A stretch of DNA of 64,000 nt, from contig DATGYZ010000034.1 of NCBI GenBank assembly GCA_035297425.1, positions 5,273 to 69,272 of the forward strand, written 5' to 3'. Of the stretch, positions 26,944 to 36,946 are shown one piece after another. The notes below the pieces were generated by a model. It was not told the origin of the DNA. It saw only the letters and a program-made list of their open reading frames with translations, and did not search any database. This DNA is from Bacteroidales bacterium. Its GTDB lineage: Bacteria; Bacteroidota; Bacteroidia; Bacteroidales; VadinHA17. Positions within the stretch are counted from its first letter, which is position 1. Each line of letters begins with the position of its first letter. The position numbers and the translations under genes are program-made.

Positions 26944-27549
26944 ATGGAGGAAAAGATCCGCAGGATATTTGATAATGAAGCTGATGCCATTCGAAATATA
27001 CCGGTATCGCCAAATTTTGAAAAAGCAATAGAAATAATTTACAGGCAGGTACATAGTAAAAACGGGAAGCTTGTAACCAGCGGGATGGGCAAAGCCGGGC
27101 AGATAGCGCATAATATTGCCACTACTTTCAGCTCAACTGGCACGCCGGCAATTTTTCTCCATCCAAGCGAAGCCCAGCATGGAGATTTGGGAATACTCCA
27201 AAGCAATGATGTAATTCTTGCAATATCAAACTCAGGTAAAACCCGTGAAATAACAGAACTAATTGAGCTCAAAAACAATCTTTACCCTGAAATACCGGTA
27301 ATTGTTATTACGAGCAATGCAGACAGTCCACTGGCATTAAAAGCCGATTGTTATCTCTTAACAGGCTCTCCCAAAGAAGTTTGCATACTTGGACTAACGC
27401 CAACCACATCAACAACTGTGATGACAGTTATTGGTGATGCCCTTGTTGTAATGCTTATGGAAAAAATAGGGTTTAGTGCACTTGATTATGCTCACAGGCA
27501 TCATGGAGGATACCTGGGAATGAAGTCGAGGGAAATTTCAGGGAAGTGA
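26944..27549 (+). CDS. SIS domain sugar-phosphate isomerase-like protein (KpsF/GutQ-like, no CBS pair)
   Basis: 201 aa. GKLVTSGMGKAGQIA and AISNSGKTREI SIS motifs. Confidence 0.8.
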   Translation: MEEKIRRIFDNEADAIRNIPVSPNFEKAIEIIYRQVHSKNGKLVTSGMGKAGQIAHNIATTFSSTGTPAIFLHPSEAQHGDLGILQSNDVILAISNSGKTREITELIELKNNLYPEIPVIVITSNADSPLALKADCYLLTGSPKEVCILGLTPTTSTTVMTVIGDALVVMLMEKIGFSALDYAHRHHGGYLGMKSREISGK

Positions 27550-27593
27550 ACTGATTTGTTTGTCTTCTTTTTCTAATATTGTGAAAATCTGAT

Positions 27594-28946
27594 ATGTCAA
27601 GAAATATTTCACCAGCAATGAGCAGGAAGGATTATATCCTATCAATTTTTATTATCGGCCTCTTCTTTTTCATTTTTGGATTTGTAACATGGCTCAATGG
27701 GATTCTTATTCCTTTCCTCAGAACATCATGTGAACTAAATGATTTCCAGGCTTATTTTGTAACCTTTGCATTCTACATCTCATATTTCCTCATGGCTCTG
27801 CCATCATCTGCCGTTCTTAAAAAAACCGGATTCAAGACAGGAATGTCTGCAGGATTATGGATTATGGCACTTGGAGCATTAATATTTATACCAGCTGCAT
27901 TGTCAAGGACTTTCGGGTTGTTTCTCCTTGGCCTTTTTGTAATGGGTACAGGCCTTGCTTTGCTACAGACAGCCTCCAACCCGTATATCACAATTATAGG
28001 ACCTCGTGAAAGTGCAGCCAAAAGGATCAGCATAATGGGCATATGCAATAAGTTTGCAGGAACCATTGCTCCAATCATTCTTGCAAGTTTCATAATGCGC
28101 GATGCGCAGGAAATTAAAGACAGGCTTGCCATCGCAGCAGATGAGTTTGCCCGCACAACATTGCTTGATGAGCTGGCATCGAGGGTAATTGGTCCTTACA
28201 TTGTTATGGCAATTATCTTGGTACTACTGGGTATATTCCTGAAATATGCCCCATTACCTGAAGTAGATACGGAAGCAGAAGATGAATCAATTAAGGAAAA
28301 CAATACCACGAAAAAGAGCATATGGCAGTTCCCCCATCTCATAATGGGTGTAATCACATTGTTTTTCTACGTCGGAGTTGAAGTAATTGCAGGCGACACT
28401 ATTATCAGGTATGGTGAATCTATCGGAATATCCATGTCATCGGCACAATATTTCACATCACTTACTTTAGTCAGCATGATTATAGGCTACGTGGCCGGAA
28501 TAATCTGCATTCCAAAATACTTCTCACAATCAGCTGCATTAAAGGGGTCAGCTATAATGGGAGTTCTTTTTTCACTCTGCGCAATACTGATCCCTGCAGA
28601 TAAATCCTTCTCCATGGCATTTATCGATATCTCTACTCTCGAACCCGTACAGATTGTCATCCCGGTTACTGTATTATTTGTTGCTTTGCTAGGCATGGCA
28701 AACGCACTTGTATGGCCTGCAATATGGCCGCTTGCACTTGCCGGGCTTGGGAGATTTACAAAAACAGGTTCCGCTATGCTGATCATGGCCATAGCTGGGG
28801 GTGCGTTGCTACCTCTGCTATATGGTAAAATTGCAATGACGTTTTCAACACAGTCAGCATACTGGATATGTGTACCCTCATATCTTATTATCCTGTATTA
28901 TGCTTTTTCAGGATATAAGGCAGGAATGAAATCAATAGCCGGATAA
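27594..28946 (+). CDS. MFS sugar:H+ symporter (FucP/GluP family)
   Basis: 450 aa, 12 TM. N-terminal FFIFGFVTWLNGILIPFL signature. Confidence 0.85.
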   Translation: MSRNISPAMSRKDYILSIFIIGLFFFIFGFVTWLNGILIPFLRTSCELNDFQAYFVTFAFYISYFLMALPSSAVLKKTGFKTGMSAGLWIMALGALIFIPAALSRTFGLFLLGLFVMGTGLALLQTASNPYITIIGPRESAAKRISIMGICNKFAGTIAPIILASFIMRDAQEIKDRLAIAADEFARTTLLDELASRVIGPYIVMAIILVLLGIFLKYAPLPEVDTEAEDESIKENNTTKKSIWQFPHLIMGVITLFFYVGVEVIAGDTIIRYGESIGISMSSAQYFTSLTLVSMIIGYVAGIICIPKYFSQSAALKGSAIMGVLFSLCAILIPADKSFSMAFIDISTLEPVQIVIPVTVLFVALLGMANALVWPAIWPLALAGLGRFTKTGSAMLIMAIAGGALLPLLYGKIAMTFSTQSAYWICVPSYLIILYYAFSGYKAGMKSIAG

Positions 28947-28963
28947 TCAATAAAATCTTTCCA

Positions 28964-29578
28964 ATGGAATGGAACAAAACTGAAGCAGATTTCCTTAAAA
29001 AGTTAAATAGTCCGGCAAAGATCCAGGATTACCTTGACTCAATTGAATATAACCCGAAATATGAATGCCGTTCTCCGAGGCTTGTGATGCAGACCGGTTC
29101 GGCACATTGCTTTGAAGGTGCATTATTTTCAGCTGCTGCTCTTGAACACATCGGGCATAGACCGCTTATCGTTGACATGAAAGCTTATAATGATGATGAT
29201 CATGTAATTGCAGTATTCATGTATGACAATCACTGGGGATCAATTGCCAAATCGAACTTCACAACACTTCGTTTCAGAGAGCCGGTATATCGCACGTTAA
29301 GGGAACTTATAATGTCGTATTTTGATTTTTATTTTAATGTGAACGGCGATAAATCACTGAGATCATACTCCAGGCCGCTTGACCTTTCTGTTTACGATAA
29401 ACGTCACTGGAAGACTACTATGGAAGATCTTGAATTTATTGGTGACAAGCTGGAAAGTATGAAGCACTTCCCTGTTGTTACAGATTCTATGCTTAAAATA
29501 CTGAACCCTGCTACTGAGACTATTCTGAAGGCATCACTGCTTGGTTCTAACGAAGCCGGACTTTTCAGACCGTCCTGA
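28964..29578 (+). CDS. hypothetical protein with transglutaminase/papain-like Cys-His core
   Basis: 204 aa. GSAHCFEGALFSAAALEHIGHRPLIV ... DDDHVIAVF ... resembles the Cys, then His-strand order of transglutaminase-like peptidases. Family not recognised. Confidence 0.45.
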   Translation: MEWNKTEADFLKKLNSPAKIQDYLDSIEYNPKYECRSPRLVMQTGSAHCFEGALFSAAALEHIGHRPLIVDMKAYNDDDHVIAVFMYDNHWGSIAKSNFTTLRFREPVYRTLRELIMSYFDFYFNVNGDKSLRSYSRPLDLSVYDKRHWKTTMEDLEFIGDKLESMKHFPVVTDSMLKILNPATETILKASLLGSNEAGLFRPS

Positions 29579-29689
29579 ATACAATGCAGGATCTTTTATG
29601 TTCGGTCGAATTTTATTGATTGATATTTAATTAATTACACAGTCCGGTTCATTTTGGTCGACAATATTGCATTATCTGACTATATTATT

Positions 29690-29697
29690 TATTTTTG
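29690..29697 (+). promoter_or_regulatory. -7 box TAttTTTG upstream of the carboxylase operon
   Basis: Exact TAnnTTTG 21 nt upstream of ATG 29718. Confidence 0.35.
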
Positions 29698-29717
29698 ACC
29701 CGTCTTAAAAGAGAAGT

Positions 29718-31274
29718 ATGGATCTGTCACGCAAATACTATAAAGCTTTTGCAGAGCGCCAGGAAGCTATAAAAAAGCAGTATAGCCCAAAACAGGCTGA
29801 AAAGCAGCATTCAAAAGGCAAACTGACTGCCACAGAAAGAATTAATCTTCTTTTTGATGAAGGCACTTTTGAAGAGATTGATGCCTTTGTCACACCGGCT
29901 GCGCAGCCTGTCGAATTTGGAAAAGTAGAAAGATCTTACGGTGACGGTGTGATTGTTGGGCATGGGAAGATTAACGGAAGGCTGGTATTTGCATATGCGC
30001 AGGACTTCACTATTATGGGAGGTTCGCTTGGCATTGTTCATGCAAGAAAAATTACTAAGATCCAGGAAATGGCTCTCAAAATGGGCTCTCCCATTATTGC
30101 TTTGATTGATTCCGGAGGCGCAAGGATACAGGAAGGCATTGCCAGCCTGAGCGGTTATGCAGGTATTTTTCATAATATCATACATTCATCAGGTATCATA
30201 CCTCAGATTTCAGTAATCATGGGTCCTGCCGCAGGCGGAGCAGTATACTCTCCTGCCCTGACTGACTTTGTGTTTATGGTCAATCATACAAGTTACATGT
30301 TTGTTACAGGCCCCAATGTTGTAAAGGAAGTTCTGAATGAAGATGTTACGTTTGAAGGACTTGGAGGTGCTGAAGTACATGCCCGCAAAAGTGGAGTTGC
30401 CCAGATGATATACGATGATGAAGAGAATACAATTCTGGCACTGAAAAAATTCCTTACATACCTGCCATCAAATAATGTTGAAAATCCGCCAATAGTGCCT
30501 GATGACGGTTCAGTTTCCGAATTCAACAAGAAGCTGAGAGAAATTGTACCGGAAGATCCGAACAAGGCGTATGATGTAAAAGATGTAATTAACCAGATAT
30601 TTGACAAAAACAGCTTTTTCGAAACTGCAGAACTTTTTGGAGCAAGTCTTGTAACAGGTTTTGCACGTTTGCAGGGCAAGACAATAGGTGTTGTTGCGAA
30701 CCAGCCCAAAGTGCTGGCAGGGGTGCTCGACATAGATTCTTCTGTTAAGGGAGCAAGGTTTATAAGGTTCTGTGATACTTTTAATATCCCTATTGTCACC
30801 CTTGAAGACGTACCTGGATTTCTGCCGGGTGTTGACCAGGAACATGCAGGAATTATCAGACATGGGGCAAAAATGCTTTTTGCATACAGTGAGGCTACTG
30901 TACCTAAGATTACTGTAATCCTGAGAAAAGCTTACGGTGGGGCCTTCATTGTTATGAACAGCAAAAACCTGGGCGGAGATTTCAACTTTGCATGGCCCTC
31001 TGCAGAAATCGCAGTAATGGGGCCTGACGGTGCAGTTGCTATACTTTACAGGAAAGAGCTTGCCGAATCTGAAAATCCTGCTGAACTGAAGAAAGAGCTT
31101 GTTAAAAAATACAGGGATAAAATTGCAAACCCCTTTATTGCTGATGAAAGCGGATACATAGATGAGGTTATTGATCCTGCAGTTACAAGGAAAAAGATCA
31201 TTTCAGCTCTTGAAGCATTAAGCAATAAGTGGGTTAAAGTTCCTTCAAGAAAACATGGGAACATGCCTCTCTGA
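29718..31274 (+). CDS. acyl-CoA carboxylase carboxyltransferase (beta) subunit (propionyl-CoA carboxylase / methylmalonyl-CoA decarboxylase family)
   Basis: 518 aa. KGKLTARERI-like N-terminus, DSGGARIQEG, AYGGA motifs. Confidence 0.9.
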   Translation: MDLSRKYYKAFAERQEAIKKQYSPKQAEKQHSKGKLTATERINLLFDEGTFEEIDAFVTPAAQPVEFGKVERSYGDGVIVGHGKINGRLVFAYAQDFTIMGGSLGIVHARKITKIQEMALKMGSPIIALIDSGGARIQEGIASLSGYAGIFHNIIHSSGIIPQISVIMGPAAGGAVYSPALTDFVFMVNHTSYMFVTGPNVVKEVLNEDVTFEGLGGAEVHARKSGVAQMIYDDEENTILALKKFLTYLPSNNVENPPIVPDDGSVSEFNKKLREIVPEDPNKAYDVKDVINQIFDKNSFFETAELFGASLVTGFARLQGKTIGVVANQPKVLAGVLDIDSSVKGARFIRFCDTFNIPIVTLEDVPGFLPGVDQEHAGIIRHGAKMLFAYSEATVPKITVILRKAYGGAFIVMNSKNLGGDFNFAWPSAEIAVMGPDGAVAILYRKELAESENPAELKKELVKKYRDKIANPFIADESGYIDEVIDPAVTRKKIISALEALSNKWVKVPSRKHGNMPL

Positions 31275-31338
31275 TTAACAAGATAAATTAGATCTGAAAC
31301 AGTATATACATTAGCAAAGATTTACCCATAAGCAACAG

Positions 31339-32841
31339 ATGAAAGTAAAGAAGATACTAATAGCCAACAGGGGTGAGATCGCCATAAGGATAATGAGAAC
31401 AGCTGCAAGGATGAAAATCAGCACTGTTGTCATCAGGACTGCTGCAGAACCAAATGCAATGTATGTCGATTTTGCTGATGAGGTTTACGATAATACGGAA
31501 GATTCCTCTGAAATCCCGGTTTTTCTTGATATTGACAAATTGATCTCGATCGCTCTGAAGACAGGCGCCAATGCAGTTCATCCTGGTTACGGGTTTCTTG
31601 CTGAAAATGCCTATTTCGCTCAGAAATGCCTCGAAAATAATATAATATTTATTGGTCCTTCGCCCGATGCCATTTATAAGATGGGAAACAAGACCATTGC
31701 ACGCAGGATTGCACTTGCAGGTGGCATTCCTATGGCGATGGGCAGTGAGGGTAACATTTCAGATGAAGAAGAAGCAGTAAAAATTGCCGAAAAGATTGGT
31801 TATCCTGTTATCATCAAAGCCGCCTCAGGCGGTGGTGGTCGCGGAATGAGGATTGTTAGAAAGCAGGATGAAATGGGTAAAATGTTCGTCATTGCAAGCA
31901 AGGAAGCTGAAAAGGCATTCAACGATCCTTCTGTCTTTATTGAGAAATATATTGAGAATCCCAAACATATAGAGTTCCAGATTATGGGCGACCAGAAAGG
32001 GAATGTTATTCATCTCGGGGAAAGGGAATGCTCAATACAAAGAAAGCATCAGAAGCTGCTTGAAGAAGCTCCTTCAACAGCTCTCGATAATGAGCTGAGA
32101 GATAAGATGGGAACAATGGCTGTCCAGATTGCAAAAGCTGTGGATTATTATTCTGCCGGCACAGTTGAATTCCTCCTTGATTCTCACAAGAATTTCTACT
32201 TCATGGAAATGAACACAAGGATACAGGTCGAGCATCCTGTAACTGAGATTATTACGGGCATTGACCTCATCGAACAACAGATCAGGGTTGCGAACGGTGA
32301 GGAACTGAAGTTTTCACAGAAAGATATAAAGCTCAAAGGATGGGCAATTGAATGCCGTATTAATGCGGAAGATGTGCAGGCAGGATTTGCACCCGACCCT
32401 GGCAAGATACAGAGTCTCAGTATGCCTTCTGATCCTTGTATCAGGGTTGATACAGGAGTGCGTGAAGGTTCATCAATTGTTGCCAGTTATGATTCAATGA
32501 TTGCAAAGCTTATTGTAAGCGGCAGTTCAAGGAAAGAAGCTCTTAAGAATTGTAAAATGGCCCTTGACAAGGTCTGGATAAAAGGTACAAAAACAACATT
32601 GCCGTTCTTCAGAATGCTTGTAAGACACGAGAAATTCATCAACGGTGATTTTACTACAGCTTTCATTGAAAAGGATCTTGAGAAGTTTTATTACAACAGT
32701 GAATATGAGGAAATGCTGGCAGCATGGCTAGCAACCAAGCTTTTTGTGGAAGAAAATTTGAGCACTGAAAAGAACGTTGATCTGAGTCATGGAAAAGATA
32801 TCAATCCATGGCTGCTTAATAAAAGAATGAACCAATTCTAA
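31339..32841 (+). CDS. accC: biotin carboxylase subunit
   Basis: 500 aa. ILIANRGEIA, ATP-grasp GGGGRGMR, EMNTRIQVEHPVTE. Confidence 0.92.
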   Translation: MKVKKILIANRGEIAIRIMRTAARMKISTVVIRTAAEPNAMYVDFADEVYDNTEDSSEIPVFLDIDKLISIALKTGANAVHPGYGFLAENAYFAQKCLENNIIFIGPSPDAIYKMGNKTIARRIALAGGIPMAMGSEGNISDEEEAVKIAEKIGYPVIIKAASGGGGRGMRIVRKQDEMGKMFVIASKEAEKAFNDPSVFIEKYIENPKHIEFQIMGDQKGNVIHLGERECSIQRKHQKLLEEAPSTALDNELRDKMGTMAVQIAKAVDYYSAGTVEFLLDSHKNFYFMEMNTRIQVEHPVTEIITGIDLIEQQIRVANGEELKFSQKDIKLKGWAIECRINAEDVQAGFAPDPGKIQSLSMPSDPCIRVDTGVREGSSIVASYDSMIAKLIVSGSSRKEALKNCKMALDKVWIKGTKTTLPFFRMLVRHEKFINGDFTTAFIEKDLEKFYYNSEYEEMLAAWLATKLFVEENLSTEKNVDLSHGKDINPWLLNKRMNQF

Positions 32842-32852
32842 AATTCTACCTG

Positions 32853-33380
32853 ATGGCAAGTGACAAACTCCAGATAAAAAAGCTCTATGCCCTTTCCTCG
32901 GAGAACAGGAAGTTCAGCTTTTCACTCCCCTTGAAACAGACAATAAGGATCGGTAAAAGAGACTATGAGGTTAAATTGAAAAGCGATGAGAAATATGGAA
33001 CCTATATCCTCTGGAAAAACAGGAAATACCCTGTTGAAATCATAAGGTCAAGGCAAAATAAATACGAAATCCTTTTCAATGACATCAGTTACACATTTAC
33101 AGTAGAAACACCTTTTTCGCTCCAAAGGATGAAGGTCCTTAATGCTAAAAAAGAAAAAGTTGAAAAGGAATATGTGAAGGCACCTATGCCAGGCAAGATC
33201 ATTGATGTGCTTGTAAGGGAAGGTGCTACAATCCAGCGTGGTGAACCTGTTGTTATTCTTGAAGCCATGAAGATGCAGAATGAAATAATGGCACCTGCTT
33301 CAGGGACGGTTACCAAAGTATCTGCAAGAAACAATACCAACGTGATGAAGGATGATATCCTTGTCGAAATAAAATTATAA
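32853..33380 (+). CDS. biotin carboxyl carrier protein
   Basis: 175 aa. C-terminal biotinyl domain with EAMKMQNEI. Confidence 0.85.
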   Translation: MASDKLQIKKLYALSSENRKFSFSLPLKQTIRIGKRDYEVKLKSDEKYGTYILWKNRKYPVEIIRSRQNKYEILFNDISYTFTVETPFSLQRMKVLNAKKEKVEKEYVKAPMPGKIIDVLVREGATIQRGEPVVILEAMKMQNEIMAPASGTVTKVSARNNTNVMKDDILVEIKL

Positions 33381-33394
33381 TCCTCATTAGATAC

Positions 33395-33435
33395 AAAAAA
33401 AAGAGAGTGTCAATGGCACTCTCTTTTGTTTTTAT
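33395..33435. terminator. bidirectional intrinsic terminator
   Basis: 9-bp stem AAGAGAGTG/CACTCTCTT, 7-nt loop, A8 5' and T-rich 3'. Lies between convergent genes. Confidence 0.8.
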
Positions 33436-33447
33436 GGTTGAATGATC

Positions 33448-34908
33448 CTAATTCTTTGCCGGAATATTCTTCAATGTTTCAACAAGGAAGTCCCAGAATC
33501 TTCCTACCGAGGGAATATGTACTTTCTCATCAGGAGAATGTGGATATTTGATTGTTGGACCAAAGGAGATCATATCAAGACCGGGGTAAACACCCTGTAT
33601 CAACCCGCATTCAAGACCTGCATGAATCGCTTTAACACCAGGTTCCTTGCCATGAAGGCGTTTAAACACATCTGAAGTGACTTTCAGTACCGGGGATTGC
33701 ATATTCGGCTTCCATCCCGGATATCCTCCTGTAAGCTTCACATCTGCTCTAATAAGATGGAATACAGCTGCAATTTTCCAGGCAGTGGCCTCTTTGGCAG
33801 TATCAACAGAACTTCTTGTAAGGCAATGTGCTTCAAATTTTCCTGCCTTTGCTTTTACTATTGCCAGGTTATTTGATGTTTCAACGAGTCCACTTATAGA
33901 CTGGCTCATCCTCACAACACCATTCGGGCATACAAATACCGCCCTGACAATCATGAACTGGGCATCTTTCGCCATAACCTTTTCAGGTGTTGTTGTTTTT
34001 TCACAAGCAAAAAGAAGGTCTGGTTCAGTATCACTATATTCTGCCTTGTAGACTGAATCGTATCTTTTAACAAATTCCTCGAACTTCTTTGTTTTGGAAT
34101 CTTCAACAAGAACTACAGATGATGCTTCCCTCGGGATTGCATTCCTGAGGTCGCCGCCGGAAACTTCAGAAAGCCTGATAGCAAAATCTGAGCCTGCCTG
34201 CATCAGGAACTGAGCCATCAGCTGGTTCGAGTTTGCACGTCCGAGAGCTATATCCACCCCTGAATGACCACCTTTGAGACCTTTTACATAAACTTTGTAT
34301 GCAACATATCCATTTGGAGCTTTCTCTTCATTGTAGTCAAGGGTAGCGCTTACATCTATTCCACCTGCACAACCGACACACAGTTCATCCTCATCTTCAG
34401 AATCAAGATTGAGCAGTATCTCACCATTCAACAGACCACCCTTAAGACCAAACACACCTGTCATGCCTGTCTCTTCATCAATAGTAAAAAGAGCTTCCAG
34501 AGGACCGTGCTGAAGGTCTTTTGAGGCAAGTACGGCCATAGTTGCAGCCACACCAATACCATTGTCAGAACCGAGCGTTGTGCCATTTGCCTTTACCCAA
34601 TCACCATCTATCAGGGTTTCTATAGGATCTTTCTCAAAATCATGCTTCTTGTCACTGTTCTTCTGGGGAACCATATCAAGATGTGACTGGAGAATTACTC
34701 CTTTCTTATTCTCCATTCCTTTTGTTGCAGGCTTTTTGATTATGACATTACCTACTTCATCTACCAAAGTTTCAAGATTATGCTTTTTTCCAAAATCTCT
34801 CATGTATTCTATTATCCGCTGCTCTTTTTTTGACGGGCGGGGAATCCGGGTTATTTCATGGAAATAATTCCAGACTTGTTTTGGTTCAAGTTTTAGTATC
34901 TCACTCAT
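33448..34908 (-). CDS. pepD: aminoacyl-histidine (Xaa-His) dipeptidase, M20 family
   Basis: 486 aa from ATG 34908. PRPSKKE, LQSHLDMV, GTTLGSDNGIG, DSEDE motifs of PepD. Confidence 0.9.
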   Translation of the reverse strand: MSEILKLEPKQVWNYFHEITRIPRPSKKEQRIIEYMRDFGKKHNLETLVDEVGNVIIKKPATKGMENKKGVILQSHLDMVPQKNSDKKHDFEKDPIETLIDGDWVKANGTTLGSDNGIGVAATMAVLASKDLQHGPLEALFTIDEETGMTGVFGLKGGLLNGEILLNLDSEDEDELCVGCAGGIDVSATLDYNEEKAPNGYVAYKVYVKGLKGGHSGVDIALGRANSNQLMAQFLMQAGSDFAIRLSEVSGGDLRNAIPREASSVVLVEDSKTKKFEEFVKRYDSVYKAEYSDTEPDLLFACEKTTTPEKVMAKDAQFMIVRAVFVCPNGVVRMSQSISGLVETSNNLAIVKAKAGKFEAHCLTRSSVDTAKEATAWKIAAVFHLIRADVKLTGGYPGWKPNMQSPVLKVTSDVFKRLHGKEPGVKAIHAGLECGLIQGVYPGLDMISFGPTIKYPHSPDEKVHIPSVGRFWDFLVETLKNIPAKN

Positions 34909-35111
34909 TGCTGGATATTTTTGTATATGAATAAACAATAAAATTAAAACAATTTCAATGTAAAAACAATGATAATAATCGTCTGAGCTCTCCTGATTAT
35001 AAAACCATCAATCAGCAAAACTGTTGAAGAATATTCCAAAAAAAGTATAACTTAGTAAACTTTAATGTCAGCTACTTGAATGAAAGCCATTGTATTTCAC
35101 ATAATTGACTT

Positions 35112-35762
35112 ATGAAAATCGATAAGTTCCTTAAGTTCTTCGTTCCAAAAGATCAATCATTTTTCCCACTTTTTGAAAGCGATGCAAAAAATCTTGTCAA
35201 AGCGACTGAACTGTTGCAGGAGCTAATGGCGACAAATTACAGGGCTGAGCATGAAAGGATTTTTAAAGAGATAAAAGCTGTTGAACATGATGGTGATATA
35301 ATTACGAAAAAAGCTTATGTTCAGCTAAACAGATCATTTATTACCCCTTTCGACAGGGAAGACATACATCATCTTACAGCGCACATTGATGAAGTTGTTG
35401 ATACAATAAATGGGATTGCACGGCGGATCTACCTCTATAAGCCAGCAAGGCTGATGCCCGTGTATTCAGAGCTGGCTGTAATAATCAACAGTGCTGCAAT
35501 TGAGATTGAAAAAGCAGTTGCCAGTTTACCGGATGCTGTAAATAAGAAGAAGATGATTTTTGAGGTTTGTGATAAAATTTCCGTCTATGAACATGAAGCG
35601 GATGAACTATATTTTTCAGGAGTTTCAGAAGCTTTTGAAAAGGAAAATGATTCAAAACAGCTTATTATTACAAGTAAGATTCTGGAGTTGCTCGAAAGAT
35701 GTGTTGATGAGGAAGAAGATGTAACCGATACGATGAAAGCTATCCTGATCAAGATGGCATAA
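35112..35762 (+). CDS. DUF47 (PhoU-like, Pit accessory) protein, copy 1
   Basis: 216 aa. FITPFDREDIH and ERCVDEEEDVTDTMK motifs. Confidence 0.85.
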   Translation: MKIDKFLKFFVPKDQSFFPLFESDAKNLVKATELLQELMATNYRAEHERIFKEIKAVEHDGDIITKKAYVQLNRSFITPFDREDIHHLTAHIDEVVDTINGIARRIYLYKPARLMPVYSELAVIINSAAIEIEKAVASLPDAVNKKKMIFEVCDKISVYEHEADELYFSGVSEAFEKENDSKQLIITSKILELLERCVDEEEDVTDTMKAILIKMA

Positions 35763-35795
35763 CCCCTTATATTTCTTACTAATAGCTTATTTGAG

Positions 35796-35925
35796 TATGC
35801 CATTTCTGCAAAAAAAATCTCATCCTTAATAAGAATAATTTTGAAATTCATTTCATTCTCTTAATTTTGGGTGCCCTTTAAAACCCGGATAATAATTTCA
35901 TCTTATCCGGTTCAGAAATGGCATA
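35796..35925. repeat. 13-bp perfect inverted repeat pair flanking a 104-bp promoter-bearing segment
   Basis: TATGCCATTTCTG (35796-35808) and CAGAAATGGCATA (35913-35925). The interior holds two exact TAatTTTG boxes (35836-35843, 35862-35869) and an 8-bp hairpin CCGGATAA/TTATCCGG (35885-35910). Confidence 0.7.
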
Positions 35926-35938
35926 AATAATTGACTGG

Positions 35939-36931
35939 ATGACATCACTGGTAATTGTTGTAACACTGGTTCTGATTTTTGATTTCCTCAATGGTTTCCA
36001 CGATTCCGCCAATTCCATTGCAACTGTTGTCTCTACAAAGGCACTTTCACCATTAACCGCAGTAATTCTGGCAGCATTCTTCAATTTTATTGCTTTTACA
36101 ATATTTCCTATGAAAGTAGCTGCAACAATCGGTAAGGATGTTGTAAACCCCGGAGTCCTCAATATGACTGTCATAGCAGGCGCTCTTGTTGCTGCAATTA
36201 CATGGAATCTTATAACCTGGTGGTTTGGATTGCCTTCAAGCTCCTCCCATACTCTTGTTGGGGGACTTGTTGGTGCGGCTATTGCCCACGCAGGTGTTTC
36301 AGCAGTTTTTTATGCCGGATTTATTAAAATCGTTGCTTTTATCTTCATTGCACCCGTTATGGGAATGCTTATCTCATTCTTTTTTTCATCCCTGGTTGTT
36401 ACACTATTAAGAAAAGCAACTCCTTCAAACGTAAACAGTGTATTTAAGAAGTTACAAATATTTTCATCATCCACTTTAAGCCTCGGTCATGGAGGAAATG
36501 ATGCCCAGAAGTCAATGGGAATAATCTGGGCAGCACTCATAATCAGCCAGATAATAACAAACGATGATCCATTGCCATTATGGGTGAAGCTATCCTGTCA
36601 GACTGCAATAGCCCTCGGTACTCTCTTCGGTGGCTGGCGCATTGTACGCACAATGGGACAAAAGATCACAAAGGTGAAACCATATGAAGGCTTTTGTGCA
36701 GAATTATCAGGAGCTTCCACTCTCTTTTTCTCGACTCACTTCGGCATACCGGTAAGCACTACACATACAATAACCGGAGCTATAATAGGTGTTGGAGCAA
36801 GAAAAGGCTTGTCAGCTGTCAAATGGGGAGTTACAAAGAAAATCTTCTGGGCTTGGATTCTTACCATCCCTGTAAGTGCAGTAATAGGGGCAGTGATGTA
36901 TTATTTTTTTAATGTTATTTTCACAGTATAA
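35939..36931 (+). CDS. inorganic phosphate transporter, PiT family
   Basis: 330 aa. FDFLNGFHDSANSIATVVST and the second-half repeat GIPVSTTHTITGAIIGVG. Confidence 0.9.
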   Translation: MTSLVIVVTLVLIFDFLNGFHDSANSIATVVSTKALSPLTAVILAAFFNFIAFTIFPMKVAATIGKDVVNPGVLNMTVIAGALVAAITWNLITWWFGLPSSSSHTLVGGLVGAAIAHAGVSAVFYAGFIKIVAFIFIAPVMGMLISFFFSSLVVTLLRKATPSNVNSVFKKLQIFSSSTLSLGHGGNDAQKSMGIIWAALIISQIITNDDPLPLWVKLSCQTAIALGTLFGGWRIVRTMGQKITKVKPYEGFCAELSGASTLFFSTHFGIPVSTTHTITGAIIGVGARKGLSAVKWGVTKKIFWAWILTIPVSAVIGAVMYYFFNVIFTV

Positions 36932-36946
36932 TTAAACTCTGAAGTC

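Noticed and set aside
30293-30863. 168-aa and 117-aa minus-strand ORFs opposite the carboxyltransferase gene. Comparable long antisense ORFs lie at 39374-39886, 46321-46743, 50228-50779, 54209-54688, 15264-15656 and 62835-63254.
   Set aside because: Each is antisense to a confidently identified gene. They are Ser/Leu/Pro-rich, as expected from reverse-complement codon bias.
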